Assembly: GCF_006345805.1 (NCBI RefSeq)
Contig: NC_043001.1
Location: 5,518,001-5,582,000, forward strand
DNA: 64,000 bases
Origin: Octopus sinensis
Taxonomy: Eukaryota
Direction: 5' to 3'
The notes beneath the pieces were generated by a model. It was not told the DNA's origin, made no database searches, and saw only the letters and a list, made by a program, of their open reading frames with translations. The position numbers and the translations under genes were made by a program. This document shows, in pieces, positions 54,271 through 64,000 of the stretch. Within the stretch, counting starts at the first letter, position 1. Each line of letters begins with the position of its first letter.

Positions 54271-55033
54271 TACTTTTATAAATCTTTAATCACACATTTT
54301 TTTTATTTTAAAAATTGCCGCGATAGTAGGCTTCCTCGTTGTCCATACGCCGAATTTTCGTCAACGGCGTATCCTCTCACGGCGAATTTTCCGAATACGA
54401 GAGAATATGCCGATAGCAGTGATCAGTCTTGTGCACCACACCTAACCGTGCAATTGATTATCTAAAATAAGAAACAGGGTGGGTAACTCAAACTCTCTAA
54501 TCTAAAAGAACTAAAAGACCTAGAACTAAAAACCGAAATGTGAAAAGTCACAGAGCACAGTTGTAAGAAAGTAATGACACGATGACACGGCCAATAGTGT
54601 TATAAAATAAAATAATAGATTTCCTTATTCTTTGTCCTCGAATAACCGTTTTCTTTTTTTCGTCGATATTGCTTAAGTAATATTTATTTCAGATGAAACG
54701 ATGCAAACATAAGACTAACTCATTTCCTCAGAATTCTATAATACCCGTGCATCTGATTATCTGAATGCACGAAAAAGCCATTTATTATATTTTACTGGAA
54801 TTGTATCATAGTAACGTATTTTATACTTTTATTGGGGTATATACTGCGTGTATAAATTCAGCAAGTTCAAATTTTCTGAATATATTTGGTAACAAGTAAA
54901 TCATTTTGTACAATACAGGACATTGACTTAATCGGTTTTCTATATAAATTATATGCAACCGCACACCCATCGAATAGGGACAAACAAGTACTGGAAAAAG
55001 ATAGAGTATTGTAATTCCTAAGAAAAATTAATT

Positions 55034-55211
55034 AGGAGTGGCTGTGTGGTAAGTAGCTTGCTAACCAACCACATGGTTCCGGGTTCAGTCCCACTGCGTG
55101 GCATCTTGGGCAAGTGTCTTCTGCTATAGCCCCGGCCCGACCAATGCCTTGTGAGTGGATTTGGTAGACGGAAACTGAAAGAAGCCCGTCGTATATATAT
55201 ATATATTATAT

Positions 55212-55266
<55 letters not shown>

Positions 55267-55485
55267 TTGTTTGTGTCTGTGTTTGTCCCCCTAGCATTGC
55301 TTGACAACCGATGCTGGTGTGTTTATGTCACCGCTACTTAGCGGTTCGGCAAAAGATACCGATAGAATAAGTACTGGGCTTACAAAAAGAATAAGTCCCG
55401 GGGTCGAGTTGCTCGACTAAAGGCGGTGCTCCAGCATGGCCGCAGTCAAATGACTGAAACAAGTAACAAAGTAAAAGAGAAAGAG
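55034..55485 (+). mobile_element. SINE family 1, near full length
   Basis: Near-identical to 213-632. Confidence 0.9.
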
Positions 55486-55863
55486 AGAGTCCGTTATTCA
55501 CGGATTCAAATATTCGATGTTCACATGAAAGTGAATACAAAACAGAGTAGAGTCCTACACCTTATGCGACAGGTAATTTTCGGGACTATAGCATTGTCAT
55601 CGTGCCATAGGAGTGGTTGTGTGATAAGAATCTTGATTGACAACAACCTGGTTCCAGATTCCTTCTATCTGCATGAAATTATCTACTGTAAAATGGAAGT
55701 AAAACATTTCTCCATGCGATCGGCATGAATAATTGTTAAGACATTGGGATATGTTCCTACTTTTCTTAGTATGAAACCAAAGATGGTCTCAATTAATGAA
55801 TAAATTAATTATATCCACCAATGCGGTATTGAGCACTCATTTCCATCTTTCGACATCATTTAC

Positions 55864-55865
<2 letters not shown>

Positions 55866-55906
<41 letters not shown>

Positions 55907-56001
55907 ATATATATGCATACATACATACATACAAACATACATACATACATATATAAAAACATACATACATACATACATACATACATACATACATAAATAC
56001 A

Positions 56002-56035
<34 letters not shown>

Positions 56036-56048
56036 CATACATACATAT
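55866..56048. repeat. (TA)n/(CATA)n microsatellite
   Basis: Direct reading. Confidence 0.95.
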
Positions 56049-56049
56049 A

Positions 56050-56143
56050 GCTGAAAATTACAGAAAAACAAAAGACGAAGACAGGTGTATAGACAACAAA
56101 CAGATGTATTAGGCTAACATTCGGGAAGGTGAGAAAATCTTTT
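56050..56143 (-). mobile_element. PLE pLTR 3' fragment (family of 32958-33154), begins at predicted HHR cleavage site
   Basis: Minus strand (A)AAAGATTTTCTC...CTAATACATCTGTTTGTTG...CACCTGTCTTCGTCTTTTG aligns to 33059-33133. Confidence 0.65.
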
Positions 56144-56489
56144 GGTCAATCATGCCGGCTGATATATATATATATAAATATATATATACATATATATCAG
56201 GTATTGTAAAACAGGTCTGTTGGAAATGATTTACACCGAAAATTTATTAGAGACTTCCGCTACTTCTGTATTTTTCCTGTTGTACTTCGAGCTCTACTGT
56301 ACTCCATACATGCATCTAATAATATAAGGGCATGTGTACCTTCTTTTATGGGCACTGAGGAAGTAATCTCCCGTTTTCTGCTAGCTAAATGGCAGGTGCT
56401 ACTATTTAAATTATTCCCTTACTTTTAAGGGTGCGACTAATACCTTCAATTATTCAAAATGCATATAAATTAAAGTCCTATTATCGATA

Positions 56490-56820
56490 GGCGCAGGAGT
56501 GGCTGTGTGGTAAATAGCTTGCTAACCAACCACATGGTTCCGGGTTCAGTCCCACTGCGTGGCATCTTGGGCAAGTGTCTTCTGCTGTAGCCTCGGGCCG
56601 ACCAATGCCTTGTGAGTGGATTTGGTAGACGGAAACTGAAAGACGCTGGTGTGTTTACGTCCCCGTCACTTAGCGGTTCGGCAAAAGAGATCGATAGAAT
56701 AAGTACTGGGCTTACAAAAAGAATAAGTCCCGGGGTCGATTTGCTCGACTAAAGGCGGTGCTCCAGCATGGCCGCAGTCAATTGACTGAAACAAGTAAAA
56801 GAATAAAAGAGAGAGAGAGA
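56490..56820 (+). mobile_element. SINE family 1 lacking the internal microsatellite
   Basis: GAAACTGAAAGA joins directly to CGCTGGTGTGTTTACG at ~56643. Confidence 0.88.
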
Positions 56821-57564
56821 GATTCTGTTTAGTAGTAGTATGAATGAATTATTTAAATAATGTGGTCAATGCATGCACTTTAATGCAGCGACCACATTAA
56901 TATGAACAATTTGAATATGTCTCAGTTTGCCTACACTGTTGCATAGCTACAAGCCAACTGTCCTTAAATAGAATACAAATATGGTTTTGGTCGGTAATAT
57001 TCCTTAATGTCTAGAAATTAGCTATAATTATGCCGCATCTTTCTTTCTTTCACTCATTAACATATTCCACGTGCGCGGATCACATTAAACATTTACCGAA
57101 TATAGTGAATAAATACTTTTGAGTGGCGTAATGAACTAATTAAGCGACGTGGTGAACACATACCTCGTTATTCAAAATAATCCACCGAGTTATAAGACTT
57201 AATATCTATATGCAATAAGGAACCGTTAGCCCACCAGACAAATTGCTGACTGGCATTTAAGCCCACCTTTACGCTCTGACCTAAAATTCTGCAAAGGTCA
57301 GCTTTGTCTTTCATCTGTTTGGTGTTGATAAATAAAGTACAAGTCAGACATTGTGGCCGACGTTATCGATTAGCTCTCACCCACGAAATTTCCAGCCTTG
57401 TTCCAAAATTTGAAAACTATGTAAATAAAGTAAGTTGCCATTAGCTTCTAGCAGTGTTTCATATTTCGTTGATGATAGAATCCTTACGACGTCGAACGAA
57501 AGGCGAGGCGGAATTGGCTTCAAATTCTGTCGATGTTGACTTTCCATATTAAATGAGTTGATAA

Positions 57565-58200
57565 GATGGCGAGCTGGCGTGATCGTTAGCACGACGGGCA
57601 AAACATTTCGTGGTATTTCGCCTGTGGTTACGTTCTGAGTTCAAATTCCGCCGAAGTCAACTTTACTATTCATCCTTTCGGGGTCGATTAAATAAGTACC
57701 TGTTTACGCACTGGGTCTATATAATCGATTTGATACCTTTGTCTGTCCTTGTTTGTCCCCTCTATGTTTAGCCACTTGTGGGTAGTAAACAATAGGTATT
57801 TCGTCTGCCGCTACGTTCTGAGTTCAAATGCCGCTGAGGTTGACTTTGCCTTTCATAATTTCGGGGTCGATTAAATAAGTACCAGTAACGCACTGGGTCG
57901 ATATAATCGACTTAATCCGTTTGTCTGTCCTTGTTTGTCCTCTGTGTGTTTAGCCCCTACTGGGTAGTAAAGAAATAGGTATTTCGTCTGCCACTACGTT
58001 CTGAGGTCAAATTCCGCCGAGGTCGACTTTGCCTTTCATCCTTTCGGGGTCGATAAATTAAGTACCAGTTACGCATTGGGGTCGATATAATCAACATAAT
58101 CCGTTTTGTCTGTCCTTGTTTGTCCTCTCTGTGTTTAGCCCCTTGTGGGTAGTAAAGAAATAGGTATTTCGTCTGAATTCAAATTTCGTCGAGTTCGACT
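57565..58200 (+). repeat. Head-to-tail multimer of SINE family 2 (~183-185 bp unit, three units plus a partial)
   Basis: Units start GGTATTTCG at 57612, 57795, 57978 and 58163; only the first has the 5' A-box region. Confidence 0.9.
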
Positions 58201-59252
58201 TTGGTTTTGCAGACTCGTTAGAACGTTGGGCAGAATATCTTACAGCATTTAGTTTCATTTGTTTCGCTCCTCTGTGTACTGCGTTACAAACCCGTGGAGG
58301 CCAAGTTTCCTTCTAATATTCTGGGGGTCAACAAAATTGTTGCTGTCAAGAATTGTCAGCTAAGTCGATACTAGAATTTTTTCTCTTGTCAAATAAGGAA
58401 TTCACTTTATACTAATCACATTGATGCCACTTTCGCTGCCTGGAGGCCTAGGAAAATGTGGGTGATGCGCATAAAGAGGACATTCAAAAGCATGCAACTT
58501 TGAATAAACATAGTTTAAATGCCTTACGAAATCATATAATCTTATGAAGCCACAAATTTGTATATAGCATATATCTCCTTCATCCTTTCGCTTATCTAAA
58601 CAACCTTGGGTTGTTTTGATATGCGAAAGGATGAACGAAATATTGACGTGAATTTCACTTGCAACTTTCCACACGTTTTGCATTCAAAAACTTTTATTAT
58701 GATACTTGTGGTCTGAAATTGAAAAAAGTAAATGATAAAAATCTGGTAAAAAAATTTTAAAAAGAAATAGCCTATAATCGTAATGTTATGCTTGTTGTTA
58801 TTTGTGTAGGTTTGTTTTCAGTTCATTTTCCATTCATCCCTTCTATCAGGTTGGCACTAAGTAGGTCACTAACAATTACATTAAAAAATAGCCTAATGGA
58901 TAATTCTTCTCTCAAAGTAGAGTTTCATTTTATGAATGGAATGTATCGGATTCAATTACAATACTCAGATAATGGCAGAGAATCATTTTAAAATGTTCCA
59001 TCTAGAATTTGAATAAACCCAATTTTATTACAACTGGTTGAGTTCAATTATTTCTTTTTATTTATTTTTCAATGTATGTTTTATTTTTATTTGTTGTAGA
59101 ATTTTAGTGGCTAGAAGGAATACATTTGTAAACCGTATATCAATATTGATTCATTCTCTTTCAAGAATTCATAAAGTTTGGATAAGTCTTTGAGACATGT
59201 TCTCTGTTTCTTCTTTTATTTCAACGGTTTTATATCAAATACATTATATATA

Positions 59253-59312
<60 letters not shown>

Positions 59313-59741
59313 TTTTATGCATGTATATATGTATATGTGTAGGTATTATTTCAGTGCATATCCGGTTGCATGCATGCACCATAATCAAATCGCTTCCTGT
59401 TCTCTAACCTCTGTGTACATACTTAGCCCTTGGCCAGTGATAAAGCGAAAACAAGTAACTTCAGTATAGAATGTTATGCATCATACACAATTTTCGATAC
59501 AGTTTATAAATGTGTGCAACATTTGTTTATGAAAATTTGTTTATTCATATTTCAAAATATACAATAGTAATATACGTTTTTATACGTATGTGCAAATAAA
59601 CATACTTACATACATAAATACATACAAACATATATAAACATACATATCTTTATATATAATATATATATATATTTATATACATACATATATATAATATATA
59701 TGCATATATAGATATATACACATAATATATATATATATATA

Positions 59742-59793
<52 letters not shown>

Positions 59794-59962
59794 CTTGTGT
59801 CAATAGTTGAATGCACGCACGTTCATTTTCTTACACAAGTTCCATTATATAATGAACGTATGTCTATATGTATACACATACGCCTGCTCATGCATATATG
59901 TACATACATATACTCATATGTACATATATAAATAAATACATACATATATGTATATATATATA

Positions 59963-60019
<57 letters not shown>

Positions 60020-60988
60020 ATATATATACATACGCATATATATATATATATATATACATACGCATATATACCTATATACTATCAATATACAGATAGATAG
60101 AAAGATAGGTGTATATGTTCGGCTACTTTTAGTATGAATGGCTATTTGTTCCAATATAAAACAAATATATGAACTCAATCTCTTCCATACGCAGATTGCA
60201 TTAAAATGAAAAATTATTACTTTGTAAAAGTTTATATCCACATATGTACACATACACATACATGCTTACATAGAAAGTACATAGTGTTCCTATAAGCAGT
60301 ATGCCTGTTTTTCTTTTGTATGAAACGAATAAAAATTATTCTTAATTCCGATATTCGATAAAACATATTAAGAAAAAACAACTGTAAATCCGAAATAACA
60401 TTAGCAGTAATATATACAATGTTATTAATGCTTATTCCAACATACGCAAAATAGCTTTGTTTGTTTTTGAAATTAAGAAAAACCTAGATCCTGTCCGTGC
60501 AATCGGCAAAATAGTGGTTCTTTCACAAGTTTAGCCTCTTTGATATTACCTACCAGGTAAAAGAAATTTAAATATCAGGGTCTAGTGGATGAGGCCCTCG
60601 ACAAGCGGTGCCTTGTAATGCTCATACACAACAGAATTGGTCCGCCGCGGTTTAGTTTGTACCTCTGTGGCTATTTCGTATGGAAAATAGTTCTGCGATG
60701 CAGACAACTAAAATTAAACATTAAAGAAACAAGCCCAGCAACTGAAATTAACTGGTAATATGAGACGGCTTCCGTAGGTGAAGGCTGGCTCAGTCCTCGC
60801 TGCTCCATCCATGTGAAATGTGCAGGTGAAGAGGAAACATGCTTATGTCAGTTAAATGCATGACTATGATACGTGAGGGTTTCCAGCTTTGCAATGTATT
60901 TAGAAAAAGATTGCAAAACCCGTGTGGAGCCACTGCAGTTTCAGTGAGAGTTAAGCCATATCAGGTATTTGTTTCAACTTATATTAGA

Positions 60989-61380
60989 CTAGCAGTATCG
61001 CACGGCGTTGCTCGGGTTTGTAAGGGAAATAACTATATAAGCATTTTAGAGATGTAAAGTTTTAGCCATCTCAAAATGGCTAACCACAAATGGGGGTGTT
61101 ACTGTAGCTTTTTACGTTCTGAGATTTAATAATAAATTTTTAGAGAGTTACTTCCCTTATATATGCCAAAAATGCATCAAAAATGGGAACAATTGATGGT
61201 AATTTTTTTTTTAAATCGTAGACTCATCGTAGACGCGCGCTAATACCTAGAAGGGCTCGATATGAATCACGACTATAAGATACCCGGTTTTGGTTAAGCT
61301 GTACGGCAAAATGTAGGAGTAGTTAGGAATCTAAATCGTAGGAGACAGACAGCACACAACCTCACTTTTATATATAAAGA
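60989..61380 (-). mobile_element. Non-autonomous Helitron, second copy
   Basis: Reverse complement of 53875-54270 with the same TC...CTAG ends at an AT site. Confidence 0.85.
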
Positions 61381-61596
61381 TTAGGGCTATGATATGCATG
61401 AGAACCTGTTAATGATGTTTAGAACCTGTGAAATGTTGGAAGTATTTATTTTTTCTTCGCATTGCAGATGATGTCTACAAGTCATCTGTCAGCAATGTTA
61501 GGGAGTATCATTAACGGTTGGAGATTAACAACAACAAAAACAAAATCATCAAATAATACCTCAGGAATGAGAACCTAGGTTCGAAATTTCCCCGAG

Positions 61597-61640
61597 ACAC
61601 CTGATGATGGCTGGAGGGTATACCAGCCGAAACGTTCTGT
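61597..61640 (+). ncRNA. Type I hammerhead ribozyme with canonical core
   Basis: ACAC CUGAUGA U GGCUGG-AGGGUAUA-CCAGCC GAAAC GUU CUGU; 6 bp stem II, ACGU palindrome, one mismatch in stem I. Confidence 0.8.
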
Positions 61641-62394
61641 TAACAACAAACAAGGTGGGGACAAATATCCGTCAAATGTAAATAACGTACTATCATTTTA
61701 TTTTATTACGTACACATTTTTATTTCATTTTGTCTGTGGAACACTTCTATCAATGTTTAGACGAATCGATGGGTTGAGCTTTTATATCTGTCTGTTAGGA
61801 ATTACAATACACTTTCCAATATGTATTATTGCATAACTGCAATAAATAGGGGGAACTTTCCTTCACGTAATTATTCTTCTCTCTGTGGATAACGTGCTTC
61901 GATAAGTGATTATTCAAGTCCCCCGGGAAAACATTTCCTTTCCTTGCTTTATTCCTTTTGTTAGCAGAGCAGTTAAAGCAGACAACAATGTTATAACTAA
62001 GAATACACATTTAATTTCCATAATTATATACCATAATACCCATACCAAAAACTTTTGCCTTTCCATACATTTATATTATGCATATAACGGTATCATACCA
62101 AGCACACAATAAAGACAAGGAAGAGGTAGTTAAAGAATTCTCTCAGCAAAGAGGAAAGAGAGAAGAAAAATGGAAAAGAATAAGACTTGTTTGTGAGACG
62201 TTTTTATGCTTCTTACTTTAAGGAAATCAATTAACGCATGTTAATGAAGGCTGCAATGAAAAGAAAAAACATTCGTGAAGCATAAAGAAAACATGGAATT
62301 GCGTAAATGAAGATACTACTGCACGAATTTGTAGATATTTCCCCATGCAAAAATGATGTAACATTGAAGAATATACAAACATCTACTTCACAGA

Positions 62395-63056
62395 AGGTAA
62401 CCTCATCTTTCACTTCGTCGTCGTTCCTGAAGGGCGTTCCAGCCAAATGTTCTTTCAACAGATGGTATTCCCTGGGTGCCAAAGCCGGAATATAAGGTCA
62501 GTTGCTGTTTATGGTCTTCTGTGTGCATTCTTAGGACCCATCTTGCGTACATCTTCCGATATTGCAACTTTTCTCTCAAAACCTATGACTGTTGCTTCGG
62601 GTAACCCCAGGAACCAAAATGCGGGGAACATCCAGAGTGATCCACGGAGTTTCACGTAGGATTTGCTCAACCCTCGCGATTCTCTCGTCGGAAATTGATG
62701 ATCAACCGCTTATTTCTTCGTCGTGACCAGCTGCAAACTCTCTACACCACTTGCAGATTTTTTTGACATCCATGCACGATTCGCCGTACACTTCCGTTAA
62801 TTGACGATGAATTTCCATAGGTTTAATGAACTTTGCGTTCAAAAACTGAATAACAGAGCGAACATCAGACTTGGCGGCAGCGTCGGTAGGGAGCACCACC
62901 AGATACGACTGCTAAGCCAAGACTGAGCGTCAGAGCGAGGGTCACGCAGGAGCAAGCGCAGGCACAATAAACACAACAGTGTTGCCAATAGCAGCTCGCG
63001 CAGTTACCCTGTGTCCCCAGCGCTTTGGTTACCTGACTTTGGGGATTACCCTCGTA
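62395..63056 (-). mobile_element. Internally deleted mariner transposon
   Basis: VRSVIQFLNAKFIKPMEIHRQLTEVYGESCMDVKKICKWCREF (N-terminal HTH) and APREYHLLKEHLAGTPFRNDDEVKDEV (C-terminus); terminus TACGAGGG at TA (63049-63056). Confidence 0.85.
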
Positions 63057-63106
63057 TATATATATATATATATATTATAATATATATATTATTATATATA
63101 TATATA

Positions 63107-63312
63107 TTGGTAAAACGTTAAGATAACAAAAGAAAGAAAGAGACCTCAATATTATGTAAATAGAGGAAATTTATCTGTAAAGTAATATGTTACAATTACT
63201 CAATATTCAAGATAAAACTCTGAGTTTCAGATGCCGAAGTGGAAATCCACAACTCATCTCTTTTATCTTGACTACTTGACTATTGAGTAATTTAACATAT
63301 TATTTTACAGAT
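63107..63312 (-). mobile_element. Fold-back PLE mini-insertion, family of 32077-32818
   Basis: Minus arm matches 32668-32818; short plus arm 63263-63312 starts TTATCTTGACTA; flanked by (TA)n. Confidence 0.8.
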
Positions 63313-63569
63313 ATATATATAATCAACAGATTCACAATATGGAGGTCATTTAGTAGCACTCAATTAGCTACTAATTAGATACTAATATCTTTACAGAGGA
63401 TCAGTTCTCCGGTTTACGGCGATTATGCTGATAAACAAATGAAAGAGATTGGATATAAATGCTTGTATATAAAAAACAAACTATGTATATATTTATACAT
63501 GCAAAGCGACAGAAAAATAAAGGCGGAGGCTTTTGGACGATGCGTATTTAACTATAAATAAATGCATAT

Positions 63570-64000
63570 GTCTATTAATGGAGCACAGAACAAAGAGTAA
63601 AGAGGAAATCAAAGGTGTGGATGAAAGCTGCTATAAGTCCAACAGATTTTTCTTTTTGCGGGAGCTCAGAGATCCATAATAATGTTGGTAGAAGAAGTTC
63701 ATCACAACATGCAGCCTTACTGGATGAAATCAACTGTGGATAAGACGAGTCTCGGTCACCAAGGCAGAGAATATCATACATATCAGCTATTAATGCAGAG
63801 ATGTTCAAAGATGGAACGATTAAATGTAGGGAGCTCCCTGTATTAGAGTGCGAAGGTAGGAGTGTCGGTGGGGATCATTTGGGTTTAAGACATGGAACGG
63901 TGAGGAGAGGTAAGAGAAATAGTTCTGTAAGAGGATTTTAATAATGATGGTTTTAAGGGAGGTGATATCATAGGTGGAGATTTGTGAGAGGAACGTGAGA
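63570..64000 (-). mobile_element. Decayed LINE reverse transcriptase fragment
   Basis: Minus strand SYRTISLTS (cf. NYRPISLTS motif) near 63907-63933; the remainder is barely recognisable. Confidence 0.4.

Noticed and set aside
57612-58200. Regular repeats resembling a CRISPR array
   Set aside because: Whole ~184 bp units repeat with no unique spacers, they are SINE-derived, and the context is eukaryotic with no cas genes.

Overview
AT-rich, microsatellite-dense eukaryotic DNA. The SINE families and (TA)n/(CA)n load look like an octopus (cephalopod) intergenic or intronic region; this is recognition, not a database result. I can support no intact host protein-coding gene, and nearly all ORFs in the supplied track are translations of (TA)n/(CA)n/(CT)n repeats. 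The window is a transposon landscape: three tRNA-derived SINE families (many copies), two decayed mariner elements, CR1/L2-like and RTE LINE 3' ends, a decayed Gypsy gag-protease, two non-autonomous Helitrons, a ~930 bp palindromic MITE-like element, and at least a dozen Penelope-like element (PLE) pieces. The most striking signal is at the RNA level. The PLE-type pieces carry about 13 type I hammerhead ribozyme (HHR) motifs from roughly seven sequence families. These include cores with covarying 3-8 pairs (C-G, U-A, A-U), a U4C core and a U-U closed stem II. Most sit in (TA)n tracts as head-to-head fold-back insertions, and two copies are 5'-truncated at the predicted self-cleavage site. All structures were folded by eye and coordinates of decayed repeats are approximate.
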